64,000 bases of DNA from an uncultured virus (IMG/VR IMGVR_UViG_3300005265_000003) (lineage: Duplodnaviria > Heunggongvirae > Uroviricota > Caudoviricetes): the IMG/VR virus record IMGVR_UViG_3300005265_000003. One strand, 5' to 3'. The notes beneath the pieces are model-generated. The model searched no databases, was not told the origin of the DNA, and worked only from the letters and a program-made list of their open reading frames with translations. Below are positions 56,801 to 64,000 of the stretch, piece by piece. The translations under genes were made by a program, and so were the position numbers. Each line of letters begins with the position of its first letter. Position 1 is the stretch's first letter.

Positions 56801-57800
56801 CGGTCATCTTGCAGAATGGCTTCGCTCAAAAGGATATTATGTTATAGGTGGTGATGGAACTAGCGAACGTTTGGAGCTTGATCGGGCATATGTTAGAAAA
56901 ATATTCGAGCAGTTAAATATTCCAGTTCCTCCTGGTAAAATCGTAAAGGGAGTGCAGGGAGTGATTGATGCAGTAAAGGCAGCGAAGGAAAAGGTCTTCG
57001 TTAAAATCAGTCGAGTCAGAGGAGATGTGGAGACATTCGGCACTGATGACCCGGATGAGGCAGCAATGCTACTTTCACGAGGTGCGTTTCAAGTATTAGG
57101 CGATGATGTCTCCTTTATAGTCGAGGAAAAGCTTAATGGCATCGAAATCGGTGTAGATGCTTGGTTTAACGGACGAGAATTTAATGAAGTCGTTGCTGAT
57201 ACGATAGAAATGAAGGGTTGTGGGAACGCAACAAAATTTAATACTATCCATGAAAGTATTTGGAGAGACATTCTTGAGAAACTAGAGCCTTGGCTACGAA
57301 AAAATGGTTACGTTGGTATGTTCTGCTTGGAAGGCTTTTGGGATGGCTCTAAAGTCTACGTTACTGATGTCACTCCTCGCTTTCCATATATCTGCTCTTA
57401 CGCATATCCGAAAGTATTTAGGAACTATTCGGAGTTCATGTTGGGTGTAGCACGTGGTGATACTCTAACGCCTAAAGTTCTCGATAAATACTCCGTTCAA
57501 ATCGGCGTCTATACGGATGATGCTGAGACCTGGAGGATTATCCGATATAATCGGGATGATACGGATTGGATTGCATATCGCCGAGCTATAAAGCAAGATG
57601 ATAACATCTGGTTTGTTCCAGGTGATGTAGTTGTGGCTGCAGGCATAGGTATCGGTCCAGATATCACCACAGCTACAAGAGATGCTATTGCACGGGCTGA
57701 AGCCTTCGACATGGCAAATATATATTCTCAAGGCCGAGAATTCGCCTCCTACTTGCATGCTGTCCTCGAACAAGCATCAGCGTTGGGGTATGACTTTTAA
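53838..57800 (+). CDS. 1320-aa polyprotein: degenerate metallo-beta-lactamase fold + ASCH + helical domain + ATP-dependent DNA ligase + PurD-like ATP-grasp
   Basis: MKVISLGS..ID..ILLSSPDEDH (MBL fold, HxHxDH altered); LYLVKPHAEFIYKGLKT (ASCH); KWDGLR, LDSEF, VFDVIF, EGIMIK, WMKVK (ligase motifs I, III, IIIa, IV, V); LELDR, FVKIS, IVEEKLNGIEIG, TPRF (ATP-grasp). Confidence 0.8.
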   Translation: MKVISLGSWASYGLKGKKHFSLILEHRGKRAWIDPAVKYTEPVDFILLSSPDEDHWRYLPKYLEKYPDTPIYSTRAVISHMRLLLPKANWKRTEKPIKLGGKSIKLMAIPKMVGKPAVAFKIGSGRNALVIIPEFIRLGDQEKELMKGAIWIIGVGEYEKPRSDDHKATFKDLLALAEELKPQKIYITNYRTSLLKHKQEILEALKPWKGEFLNDGDEFEIKVKAIRKADGLYLVKPHAEFIYKGLKTMILKSRKFDMANKKYVLCDNEYAYGNIILDEPIIIRSWKEFYLHAKEHLISPAEVRKWNWNFPLYAYPIKSFSPFSKKKALKLPKGIQTFVNDIEQYYITEKLHLDEFRSEGVDYDLAHPKERWKELIADLRYLGNSAYPRLKAGKKWGDWKLTDVLKYFAKIIDTLRSIYFPLIPPFDEKLYKAYYGKDPKKAKESSFWKCYKEAEKYMKSKPPKTIEEAKEWDEKRKGVIKKAKIKPGYYSKSKPYYRGYFQELAEELKSIGWDKTKVLVDCKWDGLRMTIGKVNGKGFAYVDPEDVKKKSPNVSNRIPAIIKEIEENFPDNTVLDSEFLALHPNGKEMLHRTVANSLLNSKISGEELEQFAIIVVFDVIFFKGLDVRDQPLHERLEYLSQLKPTKHIWIERVSKTLSKKADGYICDGSDVKTILKVAEILEESKNGRPKFCAEGIMIKRLDHPYETPQNKGWMKVKFYHELDLRVLGKKLVKGTKDVYNYYLGYDTPRDYAKAYLDVGKKAWYGKVHVYKNGKILAVGKDAKNYLDDKSVTLVTLMGKSDNHKEEEPVKVGDIIRIAAEEVLKFDNPKHPEYPRYSFYIGRVLEPVPEKNVTDSIETIDKLSSFEPMRIPVDVLRHWKEHPEELKRGVLKSNGHYFFPVDDDYDMKRKAESKDDKILVVDTNLGLEHARRFGLDGYETFFAIAHSQPYPRIQDEVCGLGFPEIIKIWDWGEGLEKDASYVIFTDSGFGHLAEWLRSKGYYVIGGDGTSERLELDRAYVRKIFEQLNIPVPPGKIVKGVQGVIDAVKAAKEKVFVKISRVRGDVETFGTDDPDEAAMLLSRGAFQVLGDDVSFIVEEKLNGIEIGVDAWFNGREFNEVVADTIEMKGCGNATKFNTIHESIWRDILEKLEPWLRKNGYVGMFCLEGFWDGSKVYVTDVTPRFPYICSYAYPKVFRNYSEFMLGVARGDTLTPKVLDKYSVQIGVYTDDAETWRIIRYNRDDTDWIAYRRAIKQDDNIWFVPGDVVVAAGIGIGPDITTATRDAIARAEAFDMANIYSQGREFASYLHAVLEQASALGYDF

Positions 57801-58803
57801 GTTATTGCGAGATGATGGTGAGATAGTCTATGCAAAATCGCTTAACGGATTTCAAGCTATTTCATCCGATGATGCTACGGAGATATATTATTCGGAACTA
57901 TTTGACTCCATACCTCTGTGGTCGAAGATTGAGGTGCTGCTTAAGGCCATTAAGAAGGAGGATGTTTGTAGCTGGCTGGAGAAGAAGCGTATTCCCGAGG
58001 AGATATACGAGGAAATTGCTGAGGAGCTTAAGCCCTTGCCAAAGATTTGCTATGTTAATTATGATGAGGGCATTGCCTGGGCACAAATACATATTAGAGG
58101 CTTAGACCCAGATGATACGCAAGCATATCAGAGAGGTAAGCTCTCCTTTGCAAAACTTATAGAAGGTCACTCCATCCATGTTGATCTGCGAATGAAGTTT
58201 AAGAATGCATTTGTCCAATGGGTCATAACACAAAACGCTATCCCAGATTACTTTGACACGCTGATAGGTAGACGGGACCCTAGAACAGGTAATGTTTCAA
58301 AAGGCCTAGCCATAGTAAAGCCGTCTGCTCAAGAACCAAGTACAGCAGTAAAGGCGGAGAAAGAATTAATTATCGGTCCGGAAGATGCGAAGCTTATAGA
58401 GAAATATGTCCTCTTCGATAAATCATATATCATCGAAGCCGGTGACGTAGGCGCCACCGCATATAAAGATGCATATATGTGTGCGATATGGCTAGGAAAG
58501 GTAAAGGCCGGGGTTCAACGCCCAGATTTACATGAATACTTCCTATATCCCAGCGGGAAATTGCCTAAGCGAAATAAAGAGCTGTTTAATGGTAGATTTA
58601 TAATAAGATGCTTCAGAGCCGGCAAAGATAAACGCTGGTGGGTTTGGAAGGCTACAGATGATCCATTCCCTATGGACTCCATCCTTCATGCTGATTGTGG
58701 CCACTATTATCCAATAAAGGCTGAGGAACTGAAGAAATTTGGTAGGGAAGCGTACAGGGACGAATCTGTATCTCTGTTCCGTAAAAAGTTAGGATGTCGG
58801 TAA
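57790..58803 (+). CDS. LigD-type 3'-phosphoesterase (PE) domain protein
   Basis: QIHIRG...SIHVDLRM...W and FNGRFIIR...WWVWK resemble the LigD PE QxH...HxDxRL core and C-terminal strands; likely start ATG 57790. Confidence 0.6.
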   Translation: MTFKLLRDDGEIVYAKSLNGFQAISSDDATEIYYSELFDSIPLWSKIEVLLKAIKKEDVCSWLEKKRIPEEIYEEIAEELKPLPKICYVNYDEGIAWAQIHIRGLDPDDTQAYQRGKLSFAKLIEGHSIHVDLRMKFKNAFVQWVITQNAIPDYFDTLIGRRDPRTGNVSKGLAIVKPSAQEPSTAVKAEKELIIGPEDAKLIEKYVLFDKSYIIEAGDVGATAYKDAYMCAIWLGKVKAGVQRPDLHEYFLYPSGKLPKRNKELFNGRFIIRCFRAGKDKRWWVWKATDDPFPMDSILHADCGHYYPIKAEELKKFGREAYRDESVSLFRKKLGCR

Positions 58804-58886
58804 TTATTAGGAGTCAATCATGAACGGCGTCTGGAAAGCCATAGAAGAACTACGTATGCTGGTCCTCGAAATTCTAAAGAAGTAAT

Positions 58887-59165
58887 ATGCCAATAGATGA
58901 GGAGAAGTTTGGCGAATTCTCTGGGAAAGTAATTACCACCCTTGAAAAGCTTGCTAAATCAGACGATGATTTATATAATATGATTAAGGATGAGGAGCGT
59001 GTACGAATCTCCGGAATTGCTAGCCTTGAGAAACGAATAAGGGACCTTGAAGATAGGGTGTCTGTCGTGGAGACGAAAATCAGTCTATACTGGTGGATAA
59101 CTACGGGATTAGTCCTGTCTGTGTTGCTGGGAATTATTAGTATAATGTGGCACTTATGGATTTAG
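58887..59165 (+). CDS. Coiled-coil protein with a C-terminal TM helix (XhlA/holin-like)
   Basis: LEKRIRDLEDRVSVVE followed by WWITTGLVLSVLLGII. Confidence 0.5.
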   Translation: MPIDEEKFGEFSGKVITTLEKLAKSDDDLYNMIKDEERVRISGIASLEKRIRDLEDRVSVVETKISLYWWITTGLVLSVLLGIISIMWHLWI

Positions 59166-60754
59166 AAACTCTGATTGAGGAGACTAGAAAGGCCGAATTA
59201 GAATATGCACCAATACCTCCATCTGGGAGAGGTACTGGGAAAAAGATTATCCGGTTAAAAGATATTCTTCCAAAACTGAAGCCATTCTCCGTGCGAAAGC
59301 CTGTTGCGTTTATCGTCGGTTCTTTGGCTATACATGGTCAGTCGGACAATGATATCGATATAGTGGTCCGTGGTGAGGACTGGTCACCTCAACAGAAGAT
59401 GGCTTTTGATTTCCGGATTTACCGAATGTTTTCTGATATTCTCGGAGTCCCGTATGATGAAGTAGCGAAATATGTTCACATTCACTATACAAATTCCGGT
59501 CCATTTACGCCCTATGTGCCTATATATGAGGACACTATGATGCCTATATCCAATCCTTCCATAGTTCAAATGGGCGAAGCTGAATCTATCCACATGTTTG
59601 GCCCGTTTAAAGTTGTGGATAAATCGAAGAAACGAGTGATTGCTGGTTATGCATCCGTTGTAGAAATCGATAAGAGTGGCGATGTAATTCCCATAAGTGC
59701 TCTCAAAGAGGGCATCAAAACGCTATTATCTGACCCAGCTTATGCAAATATAATGCTTACACATAACAACATACAAATTGGTAAGATTTTGCCCGAATAT
59801 AATGGAATAAAGACCCATGTTGACGACAAGGGCTTATTCATCGTTGCTGAAATTCGAGATGATTTGGAAATTGCAAACAAGGTATGGGAGAAAATATTAG
59901 CTGGAGAGTACAATGGGTTTTCTATAGCTGGAGAGATTATTCGTTCCCACCAAGAATGTGATGAGGAGAAATGCTATAACATCATAGATAAAATAAACAT
60001 ATTCGAGGTATCAGTCTGCAAAAATCCGGTGAATGAGAAATCAGGCTTTATAATATTGTCGAAATGTGATGCATGTGAAAATATAGGTGAAAGTATGGAA
60101 GAGGAATTAGTAGTTGACAGCACAGAGGAGGTGACAGAAGAGACAAAATCCGAGGAGCTTAAACTAGAGGCTCTTGAGCGAAGAGTGGAGGCTCTCGAGA
60201 AAGTCATACAGGAATTAGCGAATAAGCAGGACGAGGAAGAGGAGGAAGAAGAGGAGGCTGAGGAAACCGAGGAAAAAGGAGGGCTAGTCGGAGCTATTGC
60301 AGCAGTGCTTAAGGAAATATATCAGGATGTGCCAAAGAAAATCCAAGAAAAGCTTGATACAGTCCTGACAATGCTGGAGAACCTTAGGAGAGGTGGCTAT
60401 CCATATCCGTTCCCAAGCACATATCCGTACCCGAGTAAGTATCCATATCCAGAGAAAGCTGAATGGCATGAGATGGTTACAGAGGCACTCGATAAGTTCT
60501 ATGAAGAAATCGAGAGCTTGAAATGCATTAAGAAAGAACTTGAAGAGTTAAAGATAGCTGCAAAGGCTAAGGATGATGCTATTAAGTCTCTTGAGGAGCA
60601 AATAAAGCAAGCTAGTGAGAAGAAAGAGGAAGAGAAGAAGACAGAGGAAGAGCCCAAAGAACCTGAGACTGTGGTAGTCAAGGAAGATGATGAAATAGCA
60701 GAGGAGAGTCCAGTAATAATAAAAGGCGATGAGATAACGCTGAATGTAGACTGA
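59147..60754 (+). CDS. Nucleotidyltransferase (Pol-beta/MNT fold) + HK97-family prohead protease + acidic coiled-coil scaffold
   Basis: IVGSLA..G.SDNDIDIVV (NTase GS..DxD); IAGYASV..DKSGD, LTH, GFSIAG, EVSVCKNPVN (HK97 protease); Glu-rich coiled-coil tail. Confidence 0.85.
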   Translation: MALMDLETLIEETRKAELEYAPIPPSGRGTGKKIIRLKDILPKLKPFSVRKPVAFIVGSLAIHGQSDNDIDIVVRGEDWSPQQKMAFDFRIYRMFSDILGVPYDEVAKYVHIHYTNSGPFTPYVPIYEDTMMPISNPSIVQMGEAESIHMFGPFKVVDKSKKRVIAGYASVVEIDKSGDVIPISALKEGIKTLLSDPAYANIMLTHNNIQIGKILPEYNGIKTHVDDKGLFIVAEIRDDLEIANKVWEKILAGEYNGFSIAGEIIRSHQECDEEKCYNIIDKINIFEVSVCKNPVNEKSGFIILSKCDACENIGESMEEELVVDSTEEVTEETKSEELKLEALERRVEALEKVIQELANKQDEEEEEEEEAEETEEKGGLVGAIAAVLKEIYQDVPKKIQEKLDTVLTMLENLRRGGYPYPFPSTYPYPSKYPYPEKAEWHEMVTEALDKFYEEIESLKCIKKELEELKIAAKAKDDAIKSLEEQIKQASEKKEEEKKTEEEPKEPETVVVKEDDEIAEESPVIIKGDEITLNVD

Positions 60755-60784
60755 TGTCTGTTATCTGTTAAAAGAACATAATGG

Positions 60785-61171
60785 ATGGAGAATATGGCGT
60801 GGACAAGTCCGAGTCAGCCGATTGAGGTAATCCCAGAGGGTGCAATGCTTTCTTTCAAGGCAAGCGGGACAATTTATGCCGGACAGGCTGTAGTTCCAAT
60901 GGATGATATGAAAGTCGGAGTTCCGAACTCTACGAGCGCAAATGGAATAGGAATTGCAGCTTATGATGCATCTGATGGAGAAACGGTGCTTGTTTGGGGC
61001 CCTGGGAACATAGTTAAGGCGATGATATCTGGTACTGGCTCTGATACGATAGGCGCAACTCTGAAATATTCAAACGGATATCTCGATACAAATGGTACTG
61101 GAAGGGTAATGGGCATACTGGTAGAAGCGCCTTCAAGCCTGCCTGGTGTTGGTAAAGTCCTGCTCTTGTAG
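60785..61171 (+). CDS. Capsid decoration/cement protein (DUF2190-like)
   Basis: TIYAGQAV...GIAAYDASDGETVLV.G; sits immediately before the MCP. Confidence 0.65.
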   Translation: MENMAWTSPSQPIEVIPEGAMLSFKASGTIYAGQAVVPMDDMKVGVPNSTSANGIGIAAYDASDGETVLVWGPGNIVKAMISGTGSDTIGATLKYSNGYLDTNGTGRVMGILVEAPSSLPGVGKVLLL

Positions 61172-61222
61172 TTATGTTCAACATGTCCTAATGTCGTAAT
61201 GTCTAAATAAGTCTTAAGTGAT

Positions 61223-62194
61223 ATGGCAAGTAGATTTGTAAAGCTCTTGGAATACGCGTTTGCCGGTAACTCGGAGAGAAAGAGGATGCTCAATTCAGAA
61301 TCATTCAAGAAAGTCGTCGGAGAGCGTGCAGTAAAGATGCTCCTCCAGGCCGAAGACATAACAGAGACCACACTTCTGCAGGAGGAGGTCATAAAGAAAG
61401 TCTATGAGGGTGCAGAGCCAGCGAAGTGCGTCAGAAACGTCTTTCCAATCCAGAAAACATCTAGCTACAGTGTAAGGTTCATCGTGGGAGGTGCAGGCGC
61501 TTATGCGGATGAGGTTGCCGAGGGTGCTGCAGTACCAGTCAATGAGGAGTCTTACAGCAAGGTAGACGTAGAGGTTAAGAAGTATGCAACCAGACCGCTG
61601 ATTACGAAAGAGATGATTGATGACTGCCTCTTCAACATCGTAGAGCATGAGATTAAGAAGGCTGGACTCAGACTGGAGAACACTCTGAATAGAGTAGTAC
61701 TCGAAACATTGCTCAAAGAACTTGATGGCATAACGGCTGTGGACCCAGCTGGCAGTCACATCGCCGTGACGGATATTGCAACTGCAATCTCGAAAGTTAA
61801 AGAAAAGCACTGGATGCCAGACACACTGATTACACATCCAGCTGCAGAAGGATATCTGCTTCAGGACAGCAACCTGGTCTACGTTGCATATGCAGGCACT
61901 GAGACTCCGCTGAGAGAAGGAACCATACCGAGACTTCTTGGCCTCAAGCCATACACGCTGAGTGTTACGCCAAGTGAGAACTCTGGAGTTTACTGGGACG
62001 GAACTGATGCTGCAAATCACTACTATGCTCTTGTGCTTGACAGCAACAACTCTGCAGTTATAGTGATGAGAGATGACATAACAATTTCACAGTATGAAGA
62101 CCCAATCAGAGACTTAGTCGGTATAACAGCTAAGATGAGATTCGGTGTTGGACTGCTTCACGACGACGCTGGTGTAAGAATACTTGCGAAGTAA
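61223..62194 (+). CDS. Major capsid protein, HK97 fold
   Basis: VAEGAAVP, KKYATRPLITKEMIDD, LITHP, LLGL, RDLVGITAKMRFG. Confidence 0.93.
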   Translation: MASRFVKLLEYAFAGNSERKRMLNSESFKKVVGERAVKMLLQAEDITETTLLQEEVIKKVYEGAEPAKCVRNVFPIQKTSSYSVRFIVGGAGAYADEVAEGAAVPVNEESYSKVDVEVKKYATRPLITKEMIDDCLFNIVEHEIKKAGLRLENTLNRVVLETLLKELDGITAVDPAGSHIAVTDIATAISKVKEKHWMPDTLITHPAAEGYLLQDSNLVYVAYAGTETPLREGTIPRLLGLKPYTLSVTPSENSGVYWDGTDAANHYYALVLDSNNSAVIVMRDDITISQYEDPIRDLVGITAKMRFGVGLLHDDAGVRILAK

Positions 62195-62226
62195 TCAGGT
62201 TAGTCATCTAATTACCGGCAAAAGAA

Positions 62227-62511
62227 ATGTTGTTAATGTCCTTCCCATTCCTCTTAATTAATATGCATAGCGGATGCGGTAAAGAATTCTGGATGCGAAA
62301 TGCAGCTGAAGAAATGCGGAAAATAGGACTTATAAGTAGGTCCAATGTTCCCAGCAGATATCACGACCGTCTGGATTTAGACGTTCCTAAAGGCGGTGGA
62401 AGAACAAATCCATGGACTTATACTGTTACAGACGAGCCATTCATATTCGATCCATCAGTCAAGAGTCCAGAATTTTATGATTTAAGGGAGTTGCCACATA
62501 TAGGCGATTAG
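62227..62511 (+). CDS. Hypothetical protein (start uncertain)
   Basis: ORF between MCP and connector, abutting the next ATG. Confidence 0.45.
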   Translation: MLLMSFPFLLINMHSGCGKEFWMRNAAEEMRKIGLISRSNVPSRYHDRLDLDVPKGGGRTNPWTYTVTDEPFIFDPSVKSPEFYDLRELPHIGD

Positions 62512-62512
62512 T

Positions 62513-62926
62513 ATGGCCGACTATCAGCCAAAACTAGTTCAAGAATATGAGGTGCGTAATTTCTTCAGTCCACCGCTCTCGTATGATGATATCTCAAAGG
62601 CAGAGCTGCTCTTAAAAATCGAGGCTATAGAGAAATATATCGCTGATGCCTATTTCGATGGCAAGATGCCGAGTCGAGAGGATGCAAAAATACCGGCATT
62701 ACTCCTTGTAGTATCCCAGATAATCCAAAATCCGGCTATTTCCAAGAAATATAACGTGATCATCTCCGAAAAGTTAGGCGATTACAGCTATAAGATTTCG
62801 GATAAATACGGGAAGGAACCATATAACGCTTATGCAATCTATCGTCAGATGGCTTTAGCTATGTTGCGACAGAAGACTGGAAAACGTTACTTTAAATTTG
62901 CTAAAGCGAATGTCTGGAGCGTCTAA
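62513..62926 (+). CDS. Head-tail connector (SPP1 gp15-like)
   Basis: ISEKLGDYSYK motif; position after the MCP. Confidence 0.7.
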   Translation: MADYQPKLVQEYEVRNFFSPPLSYDDISKAELLLKIEAIEKYIADAYFDGKMPSREDAKIPALLLVVSQIIQNPAISKKYNVIISEKLGDYSYKISDKYGKEPYNAYAIYRQMALAMLRQKTGKRYFKFAKANVWSV

Positions 62927-62958
62927 TGTGTTATGTCGGATAGGATAAGAATAAGGAT

Positions 62959-63594
62959 ATGGTAGCAACTGTTAAGATAGTCGAGATAACTGGACCGGAA
63001 GGAAGTCCAACTTACACGGAGAAGAGTACGGCAGCGGGAAGTGGTTCGAGATATTGCACAAAAGACACCGCATCTGTTAGTGAGGCAGCGAATTATCCAA
63101 TACCAATTCCAGAGTCCGGAACAAATAGGTCCTATTGGAAGAGCCACTGCCTGGACATTACGTCTGGACCGTCATCTTATATCAAGAACGTCAAATACTA
63201 TCAGACATGGTCAAATAATCCACATGATGACTGGGAGCTTGGAACTGGTGGTGATTTAATAGTCGGTGTTTCATCTAGCTCCGTATCTGATTGCAGAACA
63301 CTCTCCCAGGGTTGTCCACAGAGCGAATATGACCAAGCAACCGGTACTGAGGGTCAAACTGGTGATCCGATAGAAACTACGCATTCATATTACTCTGCAT
63401 GTCCTGGAAAGAAGATGAGTATCACGAACTTCGATTCCTCAGACAATGCCCTTATGGTGCACTCTGGACAGGTGGTCGGTGCTGGTGAGACCGGCAAGTC
63501 CCGTATAGTCGTAACACAGCTTATTGTAGGGCCTGGTGCAACACCCGGTTCAAAACCAGACGTGACAGCAACCTTTGTCTACGAAGAGGCGTGA
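62959..63594 (+). CDS. Hypothetical virion structural protein
   Basis: 211 aa, Ser/Thr/Gly-rich, in the structural operon. Confidence 0.55.
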   Translation: MVATVKIVEITGPEGSPTYTEKSTAAGSGSRYCTKDTASVSEAANYPIPIPESGTNRSYWKSHCLDITSGPSSYIKNVKYYQTWSNNPHDDWELGTGGDLIVGVSSSSVSDCRTLSQGCPQSEYDQATGTEGQTGDPIETTHSYYSACPGKKMSITNFDSSDNALMVHSGQVVGAGETGKSRIVVTQLIVGPGATPGSKPDVTATFVYEEA

Positions 63595-63599
63595 TCTGT

Positions 63600-64000
63600 A
63601 TGAATGTATTGAGGAACATGCCATACAAGGCGGGTGATATGGCATACAAGCCACACACTCATCCTGTAGTTTATTATTGGATAGCTCATTACGATGATGG
63701 CAGTCAACTTGCTCAATATGAGCCACCAGACTACAAGCCAAAATCCATCTATGAGATTCAAAATGATAAATTGGTAAAGATAGGCTGGTATCCCATTACC
63801 TATGATTTCGCTGCTAAGTTAAATGAACATGGCACTCCCGCCATTGCTAATCCTTTCTTACCTAAGGTTGAGGTTAATATTACTCCTCCCAAACGTTATA
63901 TCCTGTTTATGAAAAACTTCATATCTTTAGAACGGTTCAGAGTGTGTGAAGCATGCGGTCATATGTTTCAAGCGACGAAATTCTTTGGAGATGAAGTTTG
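63600..64000 (+). CDS. Hypothetical protein, 3'-truncated (YYWIAHYDDGSQLAQY..., CEAC)
   Basis: Read manually; frame open from ATG 63600 to the window end. Confidence 0.55.
   Translation, partial: MNVLRNMPYKAGDMAYKPHTHPVVYYWIAHYDDGSQLAQYEPPDYKPKSIYEIQNDKLVKIGWYPITYDFAAKLNEHGTPAIANPFLPKVEVNITPPKRYILFMKNFISLERFRVCEACGHMFQATKFFGDEV

Noticed and set aside
57682..57789. ORF-track N-terminal extensions (here, and 53416, 49112, 29989, 16205)
   Set aside because: They overlap upstream genes extensively or use weak starts; downstream ATGs at 57790, 53476, 49142, 29923 and 16217 fit translational coupling better
56585..57800. purD as an auxiliary purine-biosynthesis gene
   Set aside because: It is a divergent domain fused to a DNA ligase in the head module, lacks the canonical GxGGRE N-terminal loop, and no other pur genes are present
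61301..62020. 239-aa antisense ORF over the major capsid gene, and other antisense or nested ORFs such as 5631..6092, 8938..9348 and 60961..61392
   Set aside because: They shadow well-supported genes on the opposite strand, have no RBS or motifs, and are explained by codon bias
1..64000. Integrase, transposase, reverse transcriptase/DGR, tRNA or rRNA genes
   Set aside because: No tyrosine/serine recombinase, DDE or RT motifs and no cloverleaf or rRNA-like sequence recognised by eye; a tRNAscan/HMM run would be needed to be certain

Overview
The window is most of the genome of a tailed, HK97-fold virus (Caudoviricetes; a 1373-aa tape measure and no sheath gene suggest a siphovirus) that infects an archaeon. 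The archaeal host is supported by repeated BRE-TATA promoters (CGAAAGGTTTATAAA), GGAGGTG/GGTGAT ribosome-binding sites, and genes for Alba, a PriS-PriL primase, an XPF/ERCC4 nuclease, a RadA/RadB-like ATPase and a TFB-like cyclin fold. The gingipain-like domain hints at Thermoplasmatota, but that is only inference. Layout: a plus-strand neck/tail module (1-16.6 kb); a minus-strand block of metabolism, replication and small early genes (16.6-47.3 kb); a divergent control region rich in promoters and structured non-coding elements (44.9-49.1 kb); and a plus-strand packaging/head module (49.1-64 kb) that, by gene order, leads back towards the first gene. No integrase, CRISPR array, tRNA or rRNA was seen. 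The most striking feature is about 7 kb of enzyme genes between portal and major capsid protein, flanked by two prohead proteases: a HIT-like protein; a 1320-aa MBL-fold/ASCH/ATP-dependent DNA ligase/ATP-grasp polyprotein; a LigD-type 3'-phosphoesterase; and a nucleotidyltransferase fused to the HK97 protease/scaffold. This looks like a virion-associated end-healing and sealing kit. Other notable items: a UCC_UUU_CGU +1 frameshift in the tail chaperone, three dispersed ~120-bp quasi-palindromic elements, a structured minus-strand ncRNA candidate, twin leader hairpins, a PolB with deviant catalytic motifs, a type II glutamine synthetase and Alba placed between terminase and portal. All protein calls come from motif recognition by eye; no database search was run.
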